Of a stretch of 64,000 nucleotides of DNA, positions 41,123 to 54,024 are shown one piece after another. The DNA comes from Eledone cirrhosa (taxonomy: Eukaryota), in contig OZ024747.1 in the NCBI GenBank assembly GCA_964016885.1, positions 27,466,001-27,530,000 on the forward strand, written 5' to 3'. The notes below the pieces were generated by a model that was given only the letters and a program-made list of their open reading frames with translations, was not told where the DNA came from and did no database searches. Made by a program: the position numbers and the translations under genes. The number at the start of each line of letters is the position of its first letter. Positions within the stretch are counted from its first letter, which is position 1.

Positions 41123-42648
41123 CCTCACTGCATCGCACTGAACAACACCGCACTGCACAACACCACACTGCACCGCACTTCACCACACCACATCGCAGTG
41201 CACCGCACCACATCACGCCACACTTCACCACACCACATAAAAACATACAACACTACACCACACTACTCAACACCAAATAACACCACAACACAACACACCA
41301 CTCCTCACTACTCCACTCCACATAAAAACACACCACAACACACCACTCCTCACTACATCACACCACACTACTCAACTCCACATAAAAACACACCACAACA
41401 CACCACTCCTCACTACATCACACCACATTAGAACACACTACACTACTCCACACCACATCACACCACAACACAACACACCACTCCTCACTACATCACACCA
41501 CATTAGAACACACCACACTACTCCACTCCACATCACACCACAACACACCACTCCTCACTACATCACACCACACTACATCACACCACACTACTCTACACCA
41601 CATCACACCACAACACAACACACCACTCCTCACTATATCATACCACACTACTCAACTCCACATAAAAACATACCGCAACACACCACTCCTCACTACATCA
41701 CACCACACTACATCACACCACATAAGAACACACCACACTACTCCACACCACATAACACCACAACACAACACGCCACTCCTCACTACAACACACCACATAA
41801 CACCACAACACAACACACCACTCCTCACTACAACACAACACACCACTCCTCACTACAACACACCGCACTACTCCACACCACATAACACCACAACACAACA
41901 CACCACACCTCACTACATCACACCACATAAAAACACACCACACTACTCCACACCACATAAGACCACAACACAACACATCACTCCACATAAGAACACACCA
42001 CACTCCTCCACACCACATAACACCACAACACAACACACCACACCTCACTACATTGCACCACATAAAAACACACCTCACTACATCACACCACATAAAAACA
42101 CACCTCACATCACACCACATAAAAACACACCACACTACTCCACACCACATAACACCACAACACAACACACCACTCCTCACTACAACACACCACACTACTC
42201 CACATAAAAACACACCACACTATTCCACACCACATAACACCACAACACAACACACCTCACTACATCACACCACATAAAAACACACCTCACTACATCACAC
42301 CACATAAAAACACACCTCACTACATCACACCACATAAAAACACACCACACTACTCCACACCACATAACACCACAACACAACACACCACACTACTCCACAT
42401 AAAAACACACCACACTATTCCACACCACATAACACCACAACACAACACACCACACCTCACTACATCACACCACATAAAAACACACCTCACTACATCACAC
42501 CACATAAAAACACACCACACTACTCCCCACCACATAACACCACAACGCAACACACCACTCCTCACTACACCACACCACATAAGAACACACCACACTACTC
42601 CACAGCACATAAAAACACACCACACTACTCCACACCACATAACACCCA
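41123..42648 (+). repeat. Degenerate pentanucleotide tract (CACCA/CACTA/CATCA/CAACA)n
   Basis: Clear 5-nt period, almost G-free on the plus strand. Shorter tracts at 43550-43900 and 45055-45265. Confidence 0.95.
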
Positions 42649-43019
42649 AAATTTTTTCCTCATCTTTTTTTCATGTGTTATCAACTAATCTGATCTCCAC
42701 GATGTTTGTTATTGACTTTCTCTTCATGGAAAACTTAGGTGGATGCACTTCTCTCATTTAACCCCAGAGTTTTCTCTTAGATTTGTCGTATGTTATCAAC
42801 GAATATGACCTCCAAACCAATTGGAAATGATTAGTTGTTCTAGAAAAAAGGAGGGGTAAATCAGGTGGAAAAACCATTGTCGTTTTGTAGATATATACCC
42901 TAATGATTTTTCTTCGGCCTCCTTTTGAGTGCTATCAACTAATCTGACCTTTTAGTTGCTCTGAATCAATTTTTTTTCCTGGGATTTGGAAACTAAAACT
43001 AAATTAAACATAAAATTAA

Positions 43020-43198
43020 ATCTAGCCCCAACCCTAAACTCTAAATCTAAACCAAACCAAGCTAAATCTAAATATAAACATTACCCCAACCCTTAAACTA
43101 AACCCTAAACTATACCCCAACAATAAAACTAAACCCTAAACATTACCCCAACCCTAAAACTAAACCCTAAACATTACCCCAACCCTAAACCTAACCCA
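43020..43198 (+). repeat. Degenerate telomere-like (AACCCTAA) minisatellite
   Basis: Repeated CCCCAACCCTAAAACTAAACCCTAAACATTA units of about 30 bp. Confidence 0.7.
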
Positions 43199-45319
43199 GG
43201 GAAATAAGTTGATTGGAAGCATCTAGGAGGTCAGATTAATTAATAGCACAGGAAATATACAGAAAATGATTAAGTCCCACAACATGTGAGTGGGGTGTAG
43301 ATTTGCAAAACTCTTCCCCCTTCCCTTTCCTCTTTCTCCAAAGCTAGTTGTTTTTGACTGGTTTGGAAGTCATATTCACTGATAATGCATGAAAATAGAA
43401 TCAAAGAGAAAATTCCGAGTAAGCAGGGGTTATCCGGGTGAAGGGGGAACCACCTCACCCCGCCGTTTTCCTGTGGGGAAAAAGTCAGTTTCAAGCATCT
43501 TGGAGATTGGATTAGTTGATAGCACATGAAAAATAGGATGAAAAAATTTCACATCATATCACACCACACCACATCAGACCACACCACATCACACCACATC
43601 ACATCACATCACGTCTCCTCTCATCTCGTCGCCTCGCCTCACCTCATCTCATTTCACCACGCCACACCACATTTCATCACATCACATCACATTTCTCCAC
43701 GCCACGCCACATCACATCACATGCCATCACACCACATGCTACCACACTACATCCCACCACACTTCACTACACCATATCCCCCACCCTACATTGAACCACA
43801 CTCCACTCCACCACACTCCACTACACCACACCACTGTCCACTACACTAAACCACACTCCACTACACTACACCACACCACACTACACCACACCACACCACA
43901 GTCTATTCAACTGTTTTCTATTTCGTAGGTATGTCCAGTTACAGTAAGAGAAAGAAAGTTATTTCAAAGGATCTGAGTAAGTAAACACTTCATTGACCAT
44001 CAATCTCAGTGTAGTTTTAAATTGACCTTTTCATATGATTACACCTCAGTCTTAACTTAATCACCTGTAGATGGATGCTACATGTAATGTTAAAATTAGT
44101 TAAACACTGTTTTCCCCTTCTCATCACATGTGGATGCTACATGTGTATTGTTAACATTAATCTAATGTTGTGTGTGTGTGTGTGTCCCCCCCCCCCCCGC
44201 CTCACCATATCATACCGCACCACATCACACCATGTGGTACCACACCAGACCACATAACACCATGCTATACCATATATATATATATATGAGCTCCCCACTC
44301 ATTATATTAACTGTATCTCCTCGGTGTTTCGTGAAAGTCTGAGAGATCAGCTATATATTTGTTTACAATTTTTTTTTATATTTAGATGGAAAAGAAGAAA
44401 AAGACGACGAAGCGGACGACTAAAATGAAAATGACAACAAAGACAAAGAAGACATGGGAAACGAAGATGACGAAAAGAAGAAGAAAGTATGATCTCAGTT
44501 CAGTCTAAACCTAATGATTTATAGATATGATCTTAGTTCAGTCTTAACCTAATGACCTGTAGATACGATCAATTTAGGTTTAACTTAAACATTCAAAGAT
44601 ATTTGTATATACATTTGTTGATGTTTGACATTGTTTTTTAGTTATGAAATAGCTTATAAGCTACATTATAGGATCACAGTGCATGAGCACACTGCTCTTT
44701 AAATTAACTTTATCTCCTCAGCACTTTGTAAAGTCTGAGAGATAGGCAACATATATGTTTTACATTCTTTGTTTTTGATATTTAGATTAGCTGGCAGAGG
44801 AGAAGATAAAGGCACAGAAGAAGTCAAAGGCACAGAAGAAGTCAAAGGCACAGAAGAAAACAAAGGCACAGAAGAAGACAAAGAAAATGAACAAGAAGAA
44901 CAATTATTATTATTGTTATTATTGTTTGTATTAGGTTAACTTTGCCTTTCATCCTTACGGAGTCGATAAAATAAAGTACCAGTAATGCACTGGGTAATTG
45001 CTGGCCTTGTGCCTAACGTAGAAACAATTATTGTTTGTATTATTATAATCAAACTAAGCCACACTACATCAACCTATACCATACCACACCACACTGACAA
45101 ACATTATACCATACCACATTATCCAACACCACACTACGAAACACTGTACGACCTCACATCAGACCATGCTATGAGACAATATACCATACTACACTATACA
45201 ACAATAGACAACACCACACAAGACTATGAAACACTATACTTTACCACACTATATCACACCACTCAAGTTAGAGAGGATCAACTTTTTTCCTGGAAAGTAG
45301 AAAACCTAACTTTAAGCTA

Positions 45320-46959
45320 AAACCAAACTTTAAAAATAACACTTACCCTAACACAAACACTAACCTGAACACTAACACTAAAACTGACACTAACACTAAC
45401 CTGAACACCAGCACTAAAACTAACATTAAATAAAAAAACTAACACAAACACTAACCTGAACACTAACACTAAAACTGACATTAACACTAACCTGAACACC
45501 AGCACTAAAACTAACACTACCGTTAACACTAATACAAACACTAACACTAACCTGAACACTTACACTAAAACTAACATTAGCACAAACATTAGCCTGAACA
45601 CTAGCACTAAAACTAACCCTACCATAAACACTAACACTAAAAGTAACACTAACACAAACACTAATCTGAAAACTGATACTAACCTGAAAACTAAGCTAAC
45701 ATTAACTTCAACACTAAAACAAACACTAACGCTAACAGAGATACTAACACAAATATTAACACAAAATCAAACACTAACACAATCTCTAACACTAACCTCA
45801 ACACTAACACTAAAACTAACATTAACTTGAACACTAACTCTAACCTGAAAACTAAGCTAACATTAACCTGAACACTAACATAAACACTAATGCTAACACT
45901 AACAGAAATACTAATGCTAACCTTGACACAAAAACAAAGACTGACGCTAACACAATCACTAACACTAATGGAAACATCAAACACTAATGCTAACAGAGAT
46001 ACTAACACAAATATTAACACAAAAACAAACACGAACACAATCTCTAACACTAACCTTAACACTAAAACTAACATTAACCTAAACACTAGCACTAAAACTA
46101 ACACTACCAAAAACAGTAACACAAACACTAACACTGATCTGAGCACTAACAGTAACACTAACACTACCATAAAAACTAACACTAAAAAAACACTAACACT
46201 AACCTGAACACTAACACTAAAACTAACACGAAAACTGATACTAACCAGAAAACTAAGCTAACATTAACCTCAACACTAAAACAAACACTAACATTAACAG
46301 AAAAACAAAGACTAGCACTAACACTAATGGAAACACTAACACAAACATAACACAAAATAAAACACTAACACTAATGGAAAAAATAACACTAACACTAAAA
46401 CTAACACTACCGTAAACACTAACCTGAACACTAACACTAAAACTGACATTAACACGAACATTAACCTGAACACTACCACTAAAACTGACACTACCATAAA
46501 CCACTAACCTGAGCACTAACACTAAAAGTAACACGAGCCCTAATCTGAAAACTAACACTAACCAGAAAACTAAGTCAACATTAACCTGAACACTAACACA
46601 AACATTAACACTAACCTGAACATTAACACTAACAAAAATGCTAACACTAATACAAAATCAGAGACGAACACTAATGGAAACACTAACACTAATGCCAACG
46701 CTGACAGTGACGAAGATAGCTATGCTGGCACAAACGCTAGCGCAAATGTTGACACAATCGCTTACGCTGACACAAACACTAACGTGAATACTGATGCAGG
46801 TGCAAAGGCGAATGCTGACAAAGACTCTGACGCACTTGCTGATGTAAATGCTACACAGACTCTAACGCTGACGTAGACACTGACACAAATGCTCATGCTG
46901 ATGCAAACACTAAAGCAAATGCAGACACTAATGCAAACACAGATGCAAATGTTGATGCA
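45320..46959 (+). repeat. Hexamer low-complexity tract (ACTAAC grading to GCTGAC/GCAAAT), left part
   Basis: 6-nt period; interrupted at 46960 by the LTR element. Confidence 0.9.
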
Positions 46960-47318
46960 TGTTACACGTTCATACCTATGTGTATGCGTAGATATACATA
47001 ACAATGAATACATCCCCACTATTAGTACTATTTTGTTAAGCGCATCTAGTAAACAGTAGGAACTGTGTCTAAGGCGGATACACACAGTATGTATCACTCT
47101 GCTAAAACATGCCAAGTAAATAAACACGTAGAATCATGCCAACGCCTTCAGTGAGTTGTTTATTATCCCAGCACGAACCACAAGAATACATAACATGGTG
47201 GCAGCGATAAATACTTAATCGAAAACCGTGCCTTTACAACAAAACAGGAACACAACAAACCTGAAATTTAACAAACTGAATATCACTTCATCTTCGTACA
47301 CACACACGAGAATCCAAA

Positions 47319-48959
47319 ATGGCGGCCCCCATCACCGTATAGATGAATCTACATCCGACCATGAACTGGGACGCCGATGATATCGTGGAAGCGTTCAAGA
47401 AATTCAAACAGAAAACTCAATTGGCTTTCAAAAGCTTCCTGAAAGGTACAACTGCCGATGAAAGGGTAAGCTACATCCTTTTATGGACGGGAGAGAAGGG
47501 CCTAGACCTATTCAATAGTTGGGACATGTCAGAATCGGATTGCAATAATCCAGACACACTTTTATAGAAATTTGAAAGGCACCTAGATCAAACCATAGAA
47601 TTCATAGGTACGAATTCCAGGGCCTGACACAAGACCCACAAGAAACAATTGACAACTTCCTGTCCAGACTAAAGAATGTTGCCGAGAAATGCAGATTCAA
47701 AGACAAGTACGAAAGGATTGTTGATCAACTCATATGGGGGTGTAATCACAAAGAAGTCCAGAAATCCCTCATAGGTAAGGACGCTCTCCAGTTGATGGAA
47801 GCAGTAGACACTGCAAGAGCATTCGAAGCCACTACCAAACAAATGGCCTCACTTACTTTACAAACAAACACAATAGGCAGCAGTGTAGATATTGTATCCA
47901 GACATAGAACAAAACATACTCACAAACAGAGAACATGCCAGTACTGCGGTACAGAGCATGAGTTCAATGACCGGACGAAATGTCCTGCATTCGGTACACA
48001 CTGCAAAGCATGTGGAAAGCCCAACCACTGGGGAAAAATGTGTAGACTAACAAAATCTCACAAACACAAGCCCCAGTTTCCAAAGAGGAGCGGAAAGAGA
48101 AGACAAAGACATACATGCCCAACAACAGGAAGAAAACACCTCAGAGGAGGAATTCTTGGCAGTCGGCACAATAAATGTACATGAGATGGGAAATGACAAC
48201 CAGAAAAAAAATGAAGCATACACAACAATACAAATCCAAAAGACGTCAGGCAAGAAACGAATAAACATTGACTTAAAGCTAAAGATTGACACTGGAGCCC
48301 AGAGTGATATCTTGCCTGTCAACCTCTACAAAAAGATGTTCCCAGAACACATGACACAAGAGGATAAAGTCAAAGAAGGAATCCTCACACCAAGTGATGT
48401 AATCCTCACTGCATACGGAGGTACCAGGATTCCACAACTGGGCAAAACAACCATTACAGGGACACACAAAGGAAAAATAATCAAGTGTTCTTTTTATGTC
48501 ACAAGAACAGAAGGACCTGCAATTCTTGGACTTAATACCTGTCAAAGGCTTAATATTGTGTCAATCAACGGGGAAGTGAAGGCAGCTCCAAGCAGGATTG
48601 ACAGAGATATGCCTATCGAAGACCGACCACCAATCACAAATAAAGAAGAACTGATAAGCATGTACCCAGAATGCTTTGACAATACAGTCGGGTGTTTTGA
48701 GAAATGTCGATACCATATAACAGTTGACCCCAATGCCAAACCAATTGTTCACCCACCTCGCCGTGTTCCGCTGGAATTAAAAGAGAAGCTGAAGGCAGAG
48801 TTAGACAGAATGGAGAAGAAGGAAATAATCACCAAAGTGACACGACCAACTGACTGGGTGAATTCAATTGTAATCAAAGAAAAAGCCAATGGTACCTTAC
48901 GAATATGCCTCGACATGCCTGGCATTAAAATGAGATTACTACCCAATTCCAACCCTTGA
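47319..48959 (+). pseudogene. Gypsy gag, protease and RT N-terminus, broken by stops and frameshifts
   Basis: Two Zn knuckles (CQYCGTEH..C, CKACGKPNHWGKMC), protease KIDTGAQ and RT start PTDWVNSIV..LRICLD, split over ORFs 47343, 47792 and 48156. Confidence 0.9.
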
Positions 48960-49053
48960 AGAAATCACACCATCATTAGCTGGATCCAAGATATTCAGCA
49001 AACTGGATGCCAGTAATGGGTACTGGAATGTAAAGATAGACAAAGAATCATCG

Positions 49054-51327
49054 ATGCTAACTACCTTCAACACACCATTTGGCATATACCGATTCAACCG
49101 ACTCCCATTTGGATTGAAGGTGAGCCAAGATGTTTTCCAGCGCCAAATAGATGAGGCCTACCAAGGCTGCAAGGGAGCAATTGGGATAGCAGACGATATC
49201 CAAGTGCATGGCAAGGATGAGATCACACATGACTTCAATCTACATGAAGCTATAGAGAAAACCCGACAAGCAGGTATCAAACTCAATGTAGACAAGTGTA
49301 TGATCAAAGCAAAAGAGTGCAAATTTTTTGGAGTGAAACCAGACCCCGCTAAAGTGGAAGCCATCAGTGACATCAGAGAACCCAAAGATAAGAAGGAACT
49401 CGGAAGCTTCCTGGGACTCATCCACTATATGGGAGCCTTCATACCTAAGCTGGCCGATCACACTGCAAACCTCCGAGAGCTAATGAAAGATGACATAGAG
49501 TTTGATTGGTGTGCTTCGCACACACAGGATTTCAATGCAATCAAAAAGCTCATCAGTAAGGAGACAACTCTGCAGTACTATGATAGATGCAAACCAGTAA
49601 CACTCCAAGTTGATGCTTCTATGAGAGGAGTTGGCGCAGCATTGATACAAGAAGGTAAACCTATTGCATATGCCTCGAAAGCTCTCTCACCCACAGAGAC
49701 AAGGTATGCAAACATTGAGAGGGAACTCCTGGCAGTAGTATATGGCTGTGAAAAGTTTCACACATACCTGTATGGCAGATATTTCAATATTGAGTCAGAC
49801 CATCGCCCGCTAGAACAAATATACAAAAAAAAACTCACAAAAGCACCAGCCAGACTGCAAAGGTTACTGTTGAGGCTCCAAAAATATGACTACAATATCA
49901 GGTACAAGCCAGGAAAGGACCTGATATTGGCGGATGCTCTTTCCAGACTATCCTCACATGATAAACAGGAAATGGAAGGACTAAGTGTAAAGGTCCACCA
50001 CATTGTAAATGTGACAAACACAAAGCTGGAACAAATCAAAGAGGAGACCAGCAAAGATGAAGAACTCCAGCTCCTTACTCAGATGGTGATTCAGGGGTGG
50101 CCAGAGAAGAGACATCAGGTGCAGCCCCTCATTCGTGAATATTGGGCCATCCATGATGACATATCAGTGGACAATGGAATCCTGATGGCTGGATCCCGAA
50201 TAATTATGCCCAAATCAATGCAAAAAGAGATTCTTGTCAAGATCCACCAAGGACATCTGGGAATGGAAAAATGCAAACTCCGAGCCAAGTCAGCTGTATA
50301 TTGGATAGGCATGTACAAAGACATAGAAAAGATGGTTCCTACATGCCACATCTGTCAAAAGTACAGAAACTCACAACAAAAGGAGGAAATGATATCCAGT
50401 GACATTCCAAGAGGGCCATGGCAAACTATTGGAGTAGATCTGTTCACAGAGAACCAAGAATGGTACTTGATTATGGTCTGCTACTACTCCAAATTCCCAT
50501 TTGTGAGAAAAGTGAAAGACCTGAGGGCCAAAACAATAACTACAGTGGCTCGAGGACTCCTAGCAGAGCAAGGAATACCAGAACAGATCATATGTGACAA
50601 TGGAACCCAGTTCACATCTCAGGAATTCAAAAAGCTAGCCGATGAGTATGGGTTCAACATTGTAACCTCATCTCCACACTACCCCAAAGGCCGTGGATTC
50701 ATAGAAAGACAGGTGCAGACAGTCAAGAGAACACTAGTCAAATGCCGAGAAACTAAGGAAGACCCACACCTGGCACTTCTGTCTCTACGAGCGACAGCAC
50801 TGAGGACTGACATGAAATCCCCAGCAGAAATGCTGAATGGCAGGAAATACAAAACCACCCTGCCAACTAAAATCCAACCTCCTATTGACCAGGAAGAGAC
50901 AAAGGCAAAGCTAGCAGCCACTCAAGAACAAGCACAGAAATATTACAACAAACATGCACAATACTTACCTGAGATACTTGGAGGACAGCATGTGCATACA
51001 CAAGATCCTATAACCAAAACATGGATCCCAGCACAAGTTGTCAGTAGAGCCGAAACTCCAAGATCATATATTATAGAAACTGAATCTGGTAGGCAGCTGA
51101 GACGTAACAGGGCCCACATCCGCCCAACACCAAAGCTATCGAGGATAACATGCGCAACACCCACAGCAGATGACGACACACACAGAATCCGTGCTTCCAC
51201 AGAATCATCACCCCAACGGGCACCAACCACCTATCAGCAGCCCAACAACACACCTCAGACACCAGTGCAGAGCACAAGATCCACCAGATGGAGACCGAAC
51301 ATTTTACCACCGATTCGATACCGTTAA
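49054..51327 (+). pseudogene. pol: Gypsy pol: RT, RNase H and integrase
   Basis: RLPFGL, IADDI, VDAS, RYANIERELLA, HQGHLG..C..C, CDNGTQF and IERQVQTVK. Out of frame with the upstream RT segment. Confidence 0.92.
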
Positions 51328-51751
51328 AAGAAGAAAAAAAAAACAAAAACTATTTCTGCTAGATTAGGAAGCAGAAAACCACGTGTGTGGGCAGAATAAT
51401 CTCACGGTTTCTGCTGCAGGATTGCCACCCTTGCGCTGACAATCCATTAGTGTAAGGGAGATTACTTCTACTTTTTTTTTCATTGCCAAAAGATCCTTTT
51501 TTTTCAAGAAGAAGGGATGTTACACGTTCATACCTATGTGTATGCGTAAATATACATAACAATGAATACATCCCCACTATTAGTACTATTTTGTTAAGCG
51601 CATCTAGTAAACAGTAGGAACTGTCTAAGGCGGATACGCACAGTATGTATCACTCCGCTAAAACATGCCAAGTAAATAAACACGTAGAATCATGCTAACG
51701 CCTTCAGTGAGTTGTTTATTATCCCAGCACGAACCACAAGAATACATAACA

Positions 51752-53600
51752 ATGCAGATGTTAAAGCAAACGCAAATGCTGACGCAAACGATGACAGCGA
51801 TGCTAATGTGAACCTTAACGCAGACGTAAACATTGACGTAGAAGCTAAAGGAAACACTGATGCAAACACTAATGAATATGCTGACACAGACGCTAACACA
51901 CGTTAACACAGATGCTAACGTAAACACTGACGCAGATGCTAATATAAACACTGACGCAGACGCTAACATAAACGCTGACACAGATGCTAACACACATTGA
52001 CACAGGCGCTAATGTAAACGATGACGTAGAAGCTAACGTAAATGCTGACACAGACGCAAATGTAAACGCTGACGCTGATGTAGATGTAAATACAGACGCT
52101 GACACAGACGCTGGTGTAGAAGCTAACACAAACGCTGACACAGACACTAATGTAAGCGCTGACGTAGAAACTAATGTAGATGCTGACGTAGAAGCTAACG
52201 TAGAAGCTAACGTAAACGATGACGTAGATGTTAACGTAGAAGCTAACGTAGATGCTGACGTAGAAGCTAACGTAAATGCTGACGTAGAAGCTAACAAAAC
52301 GCTGACGTAGTTGTTAACGTAGAAGCAGGCGTAGAAATTAGCGTTTACCCTTACCGCCGAAGCTGATCTCCAAAACGCAATTGCTGATGCGGATTGCTAA
52401 AGCCAAAGCCAAAGCTAACGCTGACGCAAATGTTGAGGCAGTTTTGCCGGCGCTGACGTGTATGCTGACGCTAAAGCAAATGCTGATGTGGACGCTAGGG
52501 CTAAGGCTAACACTAACGCTGACGCAAATGCTGAAGTTAACGCTTACATGGGATATTCAGACGCTGCAATGATGCGGACGCCACAGGAAAGGTTAATGGA
52601 AACGCCAATGCTAACGGAAACGCTGACGTAGACGTTACGGAAACGCTGACGTAGAAGCTAACGGAAACGCTGACACAGACGCTAACGAAAACGCTGACAC
52701 AGATGCTAACGTAAACACTGACGTTAACTGAAACGCTGACGCTGATGTAGATGTAAATACTGGCGCTGACACAGATGCTAACGAAAACGCTGACGTAGAA
52801 GCTAACGGAAACACTGACATAGATGCTAACGAAAACGCTGACGTAGAAGCTAACGGAAACACTGACATAGATGCTAACGGAAATGCTGGCGTAGAAGCTA
52901 ACGGAAACACTGACACAGACGCTAACGTAAACACTGACGTAGAAGCTAACGGAAACACTGACACAGACGCTAACGGAAATGCTGACAAAGACGTTAAAGG
53001 AAACGCTGTCGCAAACGCTAATGCTAATGTGAATGCTGATGCAGATGCTGACGCCAATGCTAATCCCTACGCAAACGCTGATGCTAACACTGACTCAAAC
53101 ACTAATGCAAATGCTGACGTGCACGCTGATGCAAACGCTGACACTGAGGGAAATGCTAACACTGACACAAGTGTTGATGCGCACGCTAATGATAATGCTG
53201 ACTCAGAGCTGACGTAGACGTACGCACTGAAACAAACACTAATGCTAACACTAATGTTGACTCAGACGCTAAGGGAAATGCTGACACAATCACTATCACC
53301 AATGCAGACACTGACGCAAATGCTGACATAGATGCTGACACTTGCGCAAACACTAAGGCTAATCCAAACACTAACGCAGATGCTAACACCAGTCTACATA
53401 GACACTAACACAAAAGCTTACATAGACGCTTATGCAAATGCTAACGCTGATGCAGACAGTAACGCAAACAGTAACTGTAAGAGTAACAGTTACAGTAACA
53501 TTAACAGTGACAGTAATGCTAACAGTAACACAGTCACTAACAATAAACTTACCATTAACAGTAAAACTTACCCTAACACTAACCCTAAATCTAACATTAA
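51752..53600 (+). repeat. Hexamer low-complexity tract (GCTAAC/GCTGAC/GTAGAA), right part
   Basis: Continues the tract to the left of the LTR element; reads as Ala/Asn/Asp/Val repeats with frame breaks. Confidence 0.9.
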
Positions 53601-54024
53601 TCCAGAGAAAAAAGTCATTTGCAATCACATTTAAGGTCACTCTTTAAGATATAGAAGATAGGCATTACATTTTAATGATTTTAATTTAAAGAGAATCACG
53701 CTATACGATGCAACACAATAACACACCACACTAACTTACATTACACCAAACCAGATTATACCATACCTTGGTAAATTTATGATAGGTTTCCATGTTATAA
53801 CTACACCAAACTAAACCATACCAAACTACACCAAACCAAACCACACCATAACAAACTACACCATACTACATCACACCATGCTATTGAACTCGGTGTGAAA
53901 AATTTTCTTCCTACTTTTTTTGTCTTTTTTTGTGTGTGTGCTTACCACCCAATCTTACATTCAAAGTGTTCACAATTAACTATTTTATGCACATATTATC
54001 AATGAGGACTTTGAAACCTATTGA

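Larger units (their letters stand above)
46960..51751 (+). mobile_element. Full-length Ty3/Gypsy LTR retrotransposon (Mag-like), disabled
   Basis: LTRs at 46960-47195 and 51518-51751 (TGTTA..TAACA). 5-bp TSD ATGCA (46955-46959, 51752-51756), PBS TGGTGGCAGCG (tRNA-Leu type) at 47196, and PPT AAGAAGAAGGGA at 51506-51517. Domain order is gag-PR-RT-RH-IN. Confidence 0.97.

Noticed and set aside
41040-42649. Cys/Val/Trp- or His/Thr-rich ORFs
   Set aside because: Artefacts of the pentanucleotide repeat, open in several frames on both strands.
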